The notes under the pieces were generated by a model that did not search any database, had not been told where the DNA came from, and saw nothing but the letters and a program-made list of their open reading frames with translations. From a virus, in IMG/VR virus record IMGVR_UViG_3300021185_001174, positions 1 through 64,000 of that record: a stretch of DNA of 64,000 nucleotides; one strand, given 5' to 3'. Below, one piece after another: positions 55,823-64,000 of the stretch (position 1 is the stretch's first letter; the number at the start of each line of letters is the position of its first letter). The translations under genes were made by a program, and so were the position numbers.

Positions 55823-56189
55823 CTGATAGTCCTAAGTCTTTTGCATAACGCGGTAATCGACAAGCCCAATACCCAGACGACATCTTATCTGTCTTAGTAT
55901 CACAATTATGGCGGGCTGCAAAGGAAGCAGCTGCCCCCTTATCGTTAATCTTACTAGTGAGGCCGCCCTTGGCATCACCAAATTCTATCTTCTTTACGTT
56001 TCCTGTTTTAGGATTTTTAACGTAAACAACGTATTTCTTTTTACCACTAGACCTTTTAGGTGAGTTAAGTTCTACATCTCTACCCTGGTAATCTGCTTCT
56101 GATAGCTCAATCATTGGTTGCTCTAACGGCACCTGTTGACCTTCATAAAGTCCGAATCTCTCTTCTATGTGTTCTAAGAAACTATGCAT
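55800..56189 (-). CDS. Conserved basic protein with CTS-like N-terminus
   Basis: MHSFLEHIEE; KKYVVYVKNPKTGNVKKIEFGD..SFAARHNC..GYWAC. Confidence 0.75.
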   Translation of the reverse strand: MHSFLEHIEERFGLYEGQQVPLEQPMIELSEADYQGRDVELNSPKRSSGKKKYVVYVKNPKTGNVKKIEFGDAKGGLTSKINDKGAAASFAARHNCDTKTDKMSSGYWACRLPRYAKDLGLSGGGNYFW

Positions 56190-56665
56190 TATACACCCAA
56201 GCCTTTTATTAGTCTTATTACTTTACTTAGTAACATTTTAACAGCTGTGTAATATGCAAATCCATGACCCCATAATATATGAAAGGTATGGTTCTTTTCT
56301 ATTTCTGATTTAGGTCCGAACTTCTTAGTCCAGTTATCTACATATTCACCTTTATATCTTAGTACTGCATGTGATACTTTCCACTTACTAGGTCCAACTA
56401 GACAGATACCAGCCTGATGTGTTATTAACATCCACCACATCTTAAGGTGACTCTTTCCACATAGTCTATAAAGAATTGATAAAGAATAATCTTCGCAATC
56501 CCCTACTAATTTACCTTCTGCATCTTCTGAATAAATAACTTTCCATGCATCTGCAAAGCCATATTGTTCTCTATCGTATCTATATTTCCACTTAGAATTA
56601 AATGATTGTACTATTCCATCTCTTTCCAATTTTGTCATTTTCGACCCCCCTGACTCTTTATCCAC
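56189..56665 (-). CDS. Transglutaminase-like cysteine peptidase (BTLCP-like)
   Basis: GDCEDYSL (Cys), SHAVL (His), YVDNW (Asp). Confidence 0.7.
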   Translation of the reverse strand: MDKESGGSKMTKLERDGIVQSFNSKWKYRYDREQYGFADAWKVIYSEDAEGKLVGDCEDYSLSILYRLCGKSHLKMWWMLITHQAGICLVGPSKWKVSHAVLRYKGEYVDNWTKKFGPKSEIEKNHTFHILWGHGFAYYTAVKMLLSKVIRLIKGLGV

Positions 56666-57309
56666 TTTTGAGCTATTTTATTCTCTGGTGTTTTCTTAGC
56701 CCACTGTTGTATATCCTTATAAGCTTCTAAAGTAGATGTGTTAATATCTGCATCTGTTGAGTTATCTATTACTGTCATTCGGTTACGAAAAAGCCCTTGG
56801 AATTTACCAATGTTTTTCTGTACTGATTTCCACATCTTCTCAACTTCTGGCTCTTTTAACTGTCTTGGTCTATTCTTATTTCTTTGTTGTGCAGTCTCTA
56901 AATCTGTATTAACAAATATCATGTGTACTGCATAACCTATATCTCTTAACTGGTCCACACTTGCTTTAATTTTGGCATAGTCTTTACCAGTACCATCTAT
57001 TACAACACCTAACCTACCTTTTAAAGCAATCTCTAATTGTTTGCCTGTAAGTTTCTTTGCCTTATCTCTAAGAGCCTGGCCCTGGGCAGAATATATATCA
57101 TCTGGCTCCATAGTAAGTCCTGCTTTAGTAAGTGCATTTTCATAGTTTGTATCAGAGTTTATAAGTTTAAACCCTAAAGATAATAAAGAAGTCTTACCAA
57201 CTATAAATGATTTACCTGAACCAGGCCCACCGGCAAGGAATACTGCCTTAAATATAGATGGGTCATTTACACCTTCATCAATTTTAAAATGTTCTTTAAA
57301 CCTTATCAT
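56635..57309 (-). CDS. P-loop kinase (Pnk / zeta-toxin / AAA_33-like) with CTS-like N-terminus
   Basis: VFLAGGPGSGKS, INSD, VVIDGTG, lid QRNKNR; N-terminus MIRFKEHFKIDEG. Confidence 0.85.
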   Translation of the reverse strand: MIRFKEHFKIDEGVNDPSIFKAVFLAGGPGSGKSFIVGKTSLLSLGFKLINSDTNYENALTKAGLTMEPDDIYSAQGQALRDKAKKLTGKQLEIALKGRLGVVIDGTGKDYAKIKASVDQLRDIGYAVHMIFVNTDLETAQQRNKNRPRQLKEPEVEKMWKSVQKNIGKFQGLFRNRMTVIDNSTDADINTSTLEAYKDIQQWAKKTPENKIAQKWIKSQGGRK

Positions 57310-57659
57310 TTCTTTAAATCGTACCTAAATGATTTATTTTTATCCTGGCCACTCTTAGTAATACCATACCCAGCAATCTTAGCTAGTTGTTGAAGTACTG
57401 GCCAATTCTTTTCGGATTTCTTACTTCTATTATTCTTCAGCATGTCATTTTCTATTTTATTAAATAAAGTTTTAATCATATCCAAGTCATGCATGACCAA
57501 TGGTGCTTCTTCTAAGTCTTCACTTCGAGCTCTTCTGAAGTCTTGTTTAGTAGGCGCACCTTTTGAACCTGCCTTCCTCATTGGTCGGCCTTCTTTTCTT
57601 TTATTATGGATATTGGCCCAGAGACCATTTCCTTCCATGAAATCCTTAAAGTCGCTCAT
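57306..57659 (-). CDS. Small protein with CTS-like N-terminus
   Basis: MSDFKDFMEG; GLWANIHNKRKEG..MRKAGSKGAPT. Confidence 0.7.
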   Translation of the reverse strand: MSDFKDFMEGNGLWANIHNKRKEGRPMRKAGSKGAPTKQDFRRARSEDLEEAPLVMHDLDMIKTLFNKIENDMLKNNRSKKSEKNWPVLQQLAKIAGYGITKSGQDKNKSFRYDLKK

Positions 57660-58999
57660 TTCTTTAATAGTCCCTTTGCTTTAATTCTATCATGGTATGT
57701 AAACTGATAGTTCTTGCCATTCTTAGTATCTTTAACAATGTAAGTTGTTGGTGTCATCTTAGTAACTTTACCCATATACTTGGCACCATCAGCACGATAG
57801 TAATCTACTTCTGTACCAACTTTAATTGACTTCTTAGTTTCTGCGCCCATTCCGTGTTTTGCAAGAACTCTATAATTTTCTAGGAAGTTACTTACTATTT
57901 CTTTTCCCTTTGCTCTTGTTAGATAATGAGTATCTTCTTTCATATTTTCCTTTTCCCTTTCGTGTTTCTTTTTAAGAGTTTCTACTTCTTTGGCTTGTTT
58001 TAATGCAAGTTGTGCTTTCTCTTCTGGTCCAGGAGCTTCTTCCATGAATGACTTAATGTGCTTGATATCAATTTTCATCTTCTTAGATATCCATTGAGCT
58101 GACTTACCAGAATCAATATAACCTTGAAGTTCTTTTACTTTACCTTCTTCAACATTTTCAACATACCCTTTATCACCAGGCTTTTTATTATGATTAAAAA
58201 CTTTCTTACCAAGTGGTGTAAGGTTACCCTTTTTATCATACATTTGGTTTACAAGTTTCTTTTCTGATGATGATAAACTTTGTTCTTTAATTCTGCCTTT
58301 GACTATATCTTCTAAGTCACGAGATAACCAATCAAAAAACTCATCGGGGTCATCACTTTTAATTTCATTGTTGTTCAATGCCCATTGAGTTAGGTCATCT
58401 TCCGCTTTCTTACCAGCAGAAGACATGAATGATAAATCACCAGTTTTGTATGCTTTTGTAAGTTCTCTTTTATGTTTTCTGAAGAGGTCTTTCATCTTTG
58501 CTTCTGATATAACTTCTTCTTTAATCATCTTATCAACAGTCATGCCGCTTTTAAATTTACCACCTGACATTGCTTTAGGATACATTTTAGCAATTAAGTC
58601 ATTATAACCTACGAGTATGTTTAATATGTCAGATTGGATTTCTTTTGTTGAAATGCCTTTAATTACTTTCTTAACTGCACCGAGGTTGCCTTGAGCAAGT
58701 GCACGAGATACTGCCTGATAGTCTTTCTGGTCTTGACCTGTTTCTTTCTTGGCAAGTCTTGCTACATTCTTAGTGGCTAGAGTTAGGTCTTGATTATAAT
58801 CTTCATTAACTGATTCATTAGCCTGTTTTAATGCATCTGCAACAATAGGGTCATCCGCAAGACCTCTTTTCATCGCCTCAATCTTTTTATAGGCTCCGGT
58901 CATGTTACCACCCATATCGATTGCAATTTTAACTGCCGCCGCTACCAGAGAAGCTGGATATTTACTTCTATACTTCTCTCTTAATTGTTTAAATTTCAT
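57656..58999 (-). CDS. Modular internal-head-like protein with CTS-like N-terminus
   Basis: MKFKQLRE; modules separated by xNE / xSE / xKE / xEE junctions. Confidence 0.7.
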   Translation of the reverse strand: MKFKQLREKYRSKYPASLVAAAVKIAIDMGGNMTGAYKKIEAMKRGLADDPIVADALKQANESVNEDYNQDLTLATKNVARLAKKETGQDQKDYQAVSRALAQGNLGAVKKVIKGISTKEIQSDILNILVGYNDLIAKMYPKAMSGGKFKSGMTVDKMIKEEVISEAKMKDLFRKHKRELTKAYKTGDLSFMSSAGKKAEDDLTQWALNNNEIKSDDPDEFFDWLSRDLEDIVKGRIKEQSLSSSEKKLVNQMYDKKGNLTPLGKKVFNHNKKPGDKGYVENVEEGKVKELQGYIDSGKSAQWISKKMKIDIKHIKSFMEEAPGPEEKAQLALKQAKEVETLKKKHEREKENMKEDTHYLTRAKGKEIVSNFLENYRVLAKHGMGAETKKSIKVGTEVDYYRADGAKYMGKVTKMTPTTYIVKDTKNGKNYQFTYHDRIKAKGLLKK

Positions 59000-59013
59000 T
59001 TGTTAGTTTCCTC

Positions 59014-60276
59014 TTATTTTACTTTAGCGGCTAAGTCTTTATCTGCCTTACCCCATGTTCCTGATGATTTGGTTACAAAAGAATTGACTCTTGCTAACCC
59101 CCATTGTGTTGGATTAGTTCCTGGCCTATGGCCTGTTCTCCAAGCCGCAAATCCTCTATCAAATACTTTTCTTAATATGGCTAATGGCATACCTGACTTA
59201 TCTGCTTTCTTTTTAAGAGCATCATCAGCCTTACCTTCATTAACTACATAATCTTCAAAACTTAAATGTTTGGCCATTTCTCCGTACATATCTTTATATT
59301 TCTTAGTATGTTTTGATGGCTTTGTTTTTGCTCTTGCATCTCCAGGAGCTGGTTTATATGCGGCTGGATTATTATCATCCTTTTCAGCACCCTTCTTAAA
59401 GTGGGCTTTTCTTTTGGCTGATGTTGACTTTGCAAGACCAGAGTAATAGTTAGTACCCTCAGCTTGTTCTACTTGTTCCAACCAGACTTTCTTATTACCC
59501 TTAGGGAAAGCTACTGTAAGATAATTCGCACCTTTAGTGATAATCTTACCCTTCTCTTGATTTTCTTTTAGTCTAACTGTATCACCAACATTAAACAAGT
59601 CACCTAAAATAAACTGTTCTCTTGTTTCTGATACAGTCGGTAGTTCTATATGAGACCTAAAGCTTTTCTCTTCTTTAAGGCCCATCCCTTTTCTCACTGC
59701 ATTAAATAACTCAGCTGAACCAGTATAACCACTTGGAAGACCACTAGAAAATGTTTGTAAATCCCCTTCTGCGGCCGCTGCTCTCATTTTAGAGGCTGAC
59801 ATTCCTGTTACACCTTCTGCATCTGGGTCTCTTTGCCCTGCAGAGAGTACTTTAATAGTTCCTTCAAATTGATAGAAGCCATGTCTTGCCTGAACACCAT
59901 TATATTTGTTTAGTAAGATTTCAAATTCTTTTACTCTATCTGAACCTGCAACCATTGACATCTTAGTAAAACCTTGGTCATATAACTTAGTTGCGATTTC
60001 AATTATAGTACGCACGTCGCCGTCTGCCATGATACTTCTGGCATGTCTAGGAAACATTTTTCTTAGGAACTTAATCTTGTCTTTAAATTTAAGAGGATTC
60101 TTTTTAGGGTCTTGGGATTGTGATGCGTATATTCTATATGCACCTCCACGTGATACCTTTTTAAGAGTTTCAAAAAGTTTTTCGTGGCCTGTAGTCGGCG
60201 GATTAAATCTACCAAATACTACGGTTATTTCTTTTGATGCTTCGACTATATAGTCGCTAAAGTTTTTGACTTTCAT
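59014..60276 (-). CDS. HIGH-family nucleotidyltransferase (cytidylyltransferase-like) fused to C-terminal basic modules
   Basis: VVFGRFNPPTTGHEKL, VAGSDRV, SAGQRDPDAEGVTGMSASKMR; C-terminal AILRKVFDRGFAAWRTGHRPG..WGLARVNSF. Confidence 0.85.
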   Translation of the reverse strand: MKVKNFSDYIVEASKEITVVFGRFNPPTTGHEKLFETLKKVSRGGAYRIYASQSQDPKKNPLKFKDKIKFLRKMFPRHARSIMADGDVRTIIEIATKLYDQGFTKMSMVAGSDRVKEFEILLNKYNGVQARHGFYQFEGTIKVLSAGQRDPDAEGVTGMSASKMRAAAAEGDLQTFSSGLPSGYTGSAELFNAVRKGMGLKEEKSFRSHIELPTVSETREQFILGDLFNVGDTVRLKENQEKGKIITKGANYLTVAFPKGNKKVWLEQVEQAEGTNYYSGLAKSTSAKRKAHFKKGAEKDDNNPAAYKPAPGDARAKTKPSKHTKKYKDMYGEMAKHLSFEDYVVNEGKADDALKKKADKSGMPLAILRKVFDRGFAAWRTGHRPGTNPTQWGLARVNSFVTKSSGTWGKADKDLAAKVK

Positions 60277-60293
60277 TTATCCCTGGTTCCCAT

Positions 60294-61538
60294 TTAGTTA
60301 GGACTATCCCAACCTTTAATTATATCTTTACTGAAGTTGTTGTAGGAGAATTCTAACCTATCAACTAACTTAACAGCGCCACCTTCCATTCTATCTATAG
60401 CAACAAAACCTTCTTGGTTGGTTACCTTAAATCCGGATTTAGTCTTGACAAAGGTATTAATTTTATTAAGACTATTAAGTTTATTTATAAGAATTAATTT
60501 ACTATTTACAACAAAATTCTGTAAATCGAAGATTAATTTTAGGTTCTTTATATTACCTTTACTAAAGAATTTAAGTAATGCATCTCGTTTATCTACTTGA
60601 GTCTGTTTACCTTTATCTGAACTTCTTTTATCAATCTCTTTTTGATACCTATTATTAATCCACATTACTAGTCCAGTGGCATGTTTCTTAGTATCTGTAA
60701 TTCTTTGGCCTTCTCTCACCTTGGAATTATTATATACATTTAATAACATATTTAATTCCGAATTGGACTCTAACTCTTTTAATGTAGTAGATGCGATTTG
60801 TTTAAATACTTTACCAGCACCTGAAAGATTTTTATTTAGTTCTTCTGTTTCTGCTTTAGTAAGAGTTGCAGTACCAGAAAGGTCAGGTAATGTTGCATCT
60901 TGCATCCATATATCTTTTGACTTCTTTAACTTAGGTACTATCTCTTTACCAAACTCTGCTCTCATTGTCTCAAACGTTGCTCCACTATACGTTGTATGCC
61001 AAACAATTCCAATCTTAGCTGCTCCAATCTCCTTAGCGAGAGCACTATCAGTAGGTACTGCGTAAGCGATAGTGTTAGGATGAAACACAATATGACTAAC
61101 TCCATTAATCTTCTCCTTTTTAAGGTCTGACTTATCGAACATAAAGTCGCCCTGTATAACCCCTTTGATTCCTATATTCTGTAAAGTATCGAAAGCCATA
61201 ATAAGTTTTTTACTTAAGTCGCCTGATGTATCTGCTTTAATATCTTCATGTGACTTATAGATTTTAGGATTCGCATTGAAGATACCTTTTTTAGCAACAA
61301 AGAATTCTCCTGTCTCTGGGTGTTCTCCAGCAAACACGGCGGGGGCTCCGTCCCATTTCACGGTAACATCCACTGGTGCTTTGGTGTTACCTGAAAGCAT
61401 ATCCCTTAGACTTCTAAGCGCTAGGATTGCTTGGCGAGCCCCCTTGACCCCACCATCTATAATTAGGTCTTCAATGTGGGTCATATGAGTATTCTTTGTT
61501 GCTTCATGCAATGGAGTATAGCTAGTTAATCGTTTCAT
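60294..61538 (-). CDS. Conserved phage protein with RNA-ligase-like nucleotidyltransferase motifs (DUF6267-like, from memory)
   Basis: NTHMTHIED; motif I TVKWDG, III IQGDF, IV EGFV, V AVKLV. Confidence 0.7.
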   Translation of the reverse strand: MKRLTSYTPLHEATKNTHMTHIEDLIIDGGVKGARQAILALRSLRDMLSGNTKAPVDVTVKWDGAPAVFAGEHPETGEFFVAKKGIFNANPKIYKSHEDIKADTSGDLSKKLIMAFDTLQNIGIKGVIQGDFMFDKSDLKKEKINGVSHIVFHPNTIAYAVPTDSALAKEIGAAKIGIVWHTTYSGATFETMRAEFGKEIVPKLKKSKDIWMQDATLPDLSGTATLTKAETEELNKNLSGAGKVFKQIASTTLKELESNSELNMLLNVYNNSKVREGQRITDTKKHATGLVMWINNRYQKEIDKRSSDKGKQTQVDKRDALLKFFSKGNIKNLKLIFDLQNFVVNSKLILINKLNSLNKINTFVKTKSGFKVTNQEGFVAIDRMEGGAVKLVDRLEFSYNNFSKDIIKGWDSPN

Positions 61539-62995
61539 TTATATAACCTCTTAAAGTCTTCCGTCATCATTGCATTAAAATTAGGTGCACTTGAAAAGTT
61601 GCCTTTATATCTTAATATAATATTACATACTGCAACTGGGCCAATGAATAAAGTAAACTTTAAATTGGCGGCTCCAGAGCCTGGGTCAAATGCTTGTTTT
61701 GCACCTGGAGTATATTTCATTAATGGTTTGCCTTGAGAAAATAAATCATCTAGTTTACTTGATACTGAATCAATGTCTTTATACTCTCCGCCTTCTACTA
61801 CAACACCTTTCTTAGGGCCGTAATCTCCAACGCCTGTAACTAGTGCAAAATCGAAATTAACTTTTTGTAATTCTTTTAAGTCGGACTTAAATATTAATTG
61901 AACTAGAATATTTGAGAATAAGTCTGACTTGGATAATATTGTTTCACCCATCATTTTAAATAATGTTCTTTTACCTTTTAATACTCTATTAATAAGGTCA
62001 TTGGGAATTCTATTAACATACTTTTTCCAGTTCTTAGTATTTACTGGATTCTTGTTAAGGTCATCAAATAAGTCATCAGACATCATATCAGGATATCTTT
62101 TTCTTAGTCTCTGAGCCAGTTTAATTACATGCACATAAAATCTACCTGCATCTAATTCTACATCTTCTTTTAATTTTTTAAGTTTCGGTTCATTAAGTAG
62201 CTTTGTAAATGATTTATTAATAAGGGTTGGGTCTTCTTCTGTAACCCTTTTCTTTTTCTTTAAAGATACTCCTAGAAATTTATTACCTTTCTTAATAATA
62301 AAGTCAGATGAATTAAAATCTTGCATTCCATATTTTGACATTTGGAATTGTTTTACATCTTTATCCCATGACTGACCAGTAAGATAAACCATATCAGCAT
62401 TACCATATCCTGCGTCAATAATAACATTAGCGGCCGATACTGCCTTACATAAATTTGGATAATCTCCTTCAAGAGAATCCACTTGACTCTGTTTATAACC
62501 TTTAACTTTCTTTAATTGAGCTCTTACCAATTGAATCATTGCATCCATTTCATCAGAATTAGTAATTTTATGTTTTGATGGGAAGAGACATAATGCAGCA
62601 GTCATAAGCTCATGAGGGTCATCACCTAAAGAACTACGGCCACCCATTGGTCTAGCATTTACATAGATTGCTTTATCCATATCTTTATGTTTAAAGTAAT
62701 AATCTTTTTCTGCTCTGGCACCTGATATCTTAATAAGTTCTAAATTTGGTTCTTTTTCAATAATTTCTCTAGCGAGTGTAGAGAATGTTCTTCTGTTCTT
62801 ATCTGGCATTAATTGAGAAATACCAATCTTCTTTGAATTTGATTTACCAGACCTGAGGTCTAATTCAACTTCAGTATCTACAGATGAAATTGCATCATCT
62901 ATGGCCTGTACCAACTTTACTGCATTCAGATTATCGTCAGTAGTTGAAAGAGTATCGAGTTCCTCTGTCATAAAACTGTTTTTAAATCTTATCAT
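61535..62995 (-). CDS. Putative PD-(D/E)XK-fold nuclease-like protein with CTS-like N-terminus
   Basis: DPHELMTA..NSSDFIIKKG..GVSLKK; N-terminus MIRFKNSFMTEE; late promoter upstream. Confidence 0.55.
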   Translation of the reverse strand: MIRFKNSFMTEELDTLSTTDDNLNAVKLVQAIDDAISSVDTEVELDLRSGKSNSKKIGISQLMPDKNRRTFSTLAREIIEKEPNLELIKISGARAEKDYYFKHKDMDKAIYVNARPMGGRSSLGDDPHELMTAALCLFPSKHKITNSDEMDAMIQLVRAQLKKVKGYKQSQVDSLEGDYPNLCKAVSAANVIIDAGYGNADMVYLTGQSWDKDVKQFQMSKYGMQDFNSSDFIIKKGNKFLGVSLKKKKRVTEEDPTLINKSFTKLLNEPKLKKLKEDVELDAGRFYVHVIKLAQRLRKRYPDMMSDDLFDDLNKNPVNTKNWKKYVNRIPNDLINRVLKGKRTLFKMMGETILSKSDLFSNILVQLIFKSDLKELQKVNFDFALVTGVGDYGPKKGVVVEGGEYKDIDSVSSKLDDLFSQGKPLMKYTPGAKQAFDPGSGAANLKFTLFIGPVAVCNIILRYKGNFSSAPNFNAMMTEDFKRLYK

Positions 62996-63023
62996 ATTAT
63001 CTCCGTTATTAGTTTATAAAGTT

Positions 63024-63052
63024 AGTATACTACAGAACCATTGGTTTGTAAA
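63024..63052 (-). promoter_or_regulatory. Sigma70-type promoter
   Basis: TTTACA-17-TATACT with TGTAG. Confidence 0.7.
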
Positions 63053-63065
63053 GTTTTATTATAAC

Positions 63066-63073
63066 TATTTATA
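63066..63073 (-). promoter_or_regulatory. T4-type late promoter heading the CTS block
   Basis: Intergenic TATAAATA upstream of 62995. Confidence 0.65.
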
Positions 63074-63085
63074 ATATTTGGAGAC

Positions 63086-63253
63086 CTAGTTATTAGAGCT
63101 TCCTGTTGAAATATTACCCTCATCGTCCACTTTAATTACTTTTATTTTAAGAAGTTCCTTTAAAGTGCCCTCACATCCATTCTTTACCCCTAGGTTATAA
63201 GATGTATAACTACATCCCATAAGGCAAAGCATGATTATAATATATTCTAGCAT
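63086..63253 (-). CDS. Small membrane protein (55 aa, not in track)
   Basis: MLEYIIIMLCLMGCSYTSYNLGVKNGCEGTLKELL...*. Confidence 0.55.
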   Translation of the reverse strand: MLEYIIIMLCLMGCSYTSYNLGVKNGCEGTLKELLKIKVIKVDDEGNISTGSSNN

Positions 63254-63411
63254 TCTACAGCCTCTATTGTTGAGTGATAACCTTTATATTTCATATCTTT
63301 TTGAAAAAGTTTAGCTTCTCTTTCATCTGCAAAAATATATTCTGCAACTACTTTGCCCCCGCCCTTTTCTTGGGCGAGAACTTTCCAACTTGTAATCTTG
63401 ATTGATTCCAT
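63247..63411 (-). CDS. Small hypothetical protein (54 aa, not in track)
   Basis: MESIKITSWKVLAQEKGGGKVVAEYIFADEREAKLFQKDM...*; its start overlaps the upstream stop. Confidence 0.6.
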   Translation of the reverse strand: MESIKITSWKVLAQEKGGGKVVAEYIFADEREAKLFQKDMKYKGYHSTIEAVEC

Positions 63412-63638
63412 TACACTAGTTCCAAGAAATCATCAAACATGCCTGGGTTATCAGCAACAACTCTTTTAATGTTTTTCTTAATAGTAGCAACATCATCAGT
63501 GAAACCTGCCTGTTCTGCAGTTTCAATTCTTGTCTTTACTGTATCATAATCAAACTTGAAAGGGTCATCATAGATTGTTGGTCTCCATTGGATAGTAGAG
63601 TCCTTTTCAATTCCTTTATATTTTAATTTACTTTTCAT
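63411..63638 (-). CDS. Hypothetical protein
   Basis: ATGA overlap with the ligase stop. Confidence 0.65.
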   Translation of the reverse strand: MKSKLKYKGIEKDSTIQWRPTIYDDPFKFDYDTVKTRIETAEQAGFTDDVATIKKNIKRVVADNPGMFDDFLELV

Positions 63639-64000
63639 AGTTTTTCTCCTGGGGCAAATCCCCTAAATGTTTTAAATCTTGGGAATCTTAATGAATAAGT
63701 CCCATCTTGGTTTTGTGAAATAGAGTCGGCTCTAATTTCCACCAACTGGCCTAATACAGCATCTTGGTCTTTCCAAATACTATCTCTAATCTTATCAGTT
63801 AAGCCACCACCGACATTGACTTTAATATCAACATCTTCATCGTGTCCTGCACAAACTAGAGCACCTGTTGTTCCTTCGAACTTACCCTGACCTTCTTCAA
63901 TACTTTCTACTGTCAGAGTTACTTCTATAAATGGCTTGATTTTAAACCAAGCATTACTTCTTTTACATTCATATAAACCGTCTATTGGTTTAACCATAAT
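63635..64000 (-). CDS. 30: ATP-dependent DNA ligase gp30, C-terminal part (truncated at the right edge)
   Basis: KPIDGLYECKRSNAWFKIK (motif V), VNVGGGLTD, YSLRFPRF (motif VI). Confidence 0.92.
   Translation of the reverse strand: MMVKPIDGLYECKRSNAWFKIKPFIEVTLTVESIEEGQGKFEGTTGALVCAGHDEDVDIKVNVGGGLTDKIRDSIWKDQDAVLGQLVEIRADSISQNQDGTYSLRFPRFKTFRGFAPGEKL

Noticed and set aside
2443-62114. Many 60-160 aa ORFs in the track antisense to, or nested in, long genes (e.g. 2805-3032, 9972-10376, 21925-22407, 22426-22869, 32421-32831, 51759-52217)
   Set aside because: Shadow frames of well-supported genes; no SD, atypical composition, no motifs.
1-64000. tRNA, rRNA, CRISPR arrays, IS elements, integrase
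   Set aside because: Intergenic gaps are short; I saw no cloverleaf, spaced repeat array or transposase motif by eye. tRNAscan-SE would confirm.

Overview
AT-rich (roughly one-third GC by eye) segment of a large T4-like (T-even-related) myovirus genome, most likely a marine phage of a Gram-negative host. No cellular genes, tRNA, rRNA or CRISPR were found. From left to right: (1) 1-23.4 kb, baseplate/tail morphogenesis: a truncated fibre gene, a DUF4815/VrlC-like protein, gp8, gp7, gp6, gp25, gp5, hub, gp53 and gp48 on the minus strand, then gp4, gp2, gp54/19, gp26, gp51-like and tape measure on the plus strand, driven by back-to-back TATAAATA late promoters. (2) 23.5-29.6 kb, gp32, gp59, dsbA, gp33 and small early genes behind sigma70-type promoters. 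(3) 29.7-36.2 kb, a late-promoter-driven operon: csgF, csgG, two curlin-like proteins, FecR, a 27-aa micro-ORF and a CHASE2 adenylate cyclase. (4) 36.2-41 kb, endolysin and paralogous adhesin-like genes. (5) 41-51 kb, nucleotide metabolism and repair: HAD nucleotidase, exonuclease, phoH, denV-like, rnh, grx, nrdB, nrdA. (6) 51-63 kb, lipase plus spanin pair and a block of proteins with T4-type capsid-targeting N-termini, including a Pnk-like kinase, a HIGH nucleotidyltransferase, an RNA-ligase-motif protein and a nuclease-like protein. (7) The 3' end of DNA ligase. Main highlights: the curli/FecR/cyclase trans-envelope module, a putative virion-injected RNA-repair or anti-defence kit, a likely programmed -1 frameshift fusing gp26 to gp51, and 11-bp-period regulator boxes at an identical distance from two early promoters. 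All family assignments are from motif recognition; no database search was run.
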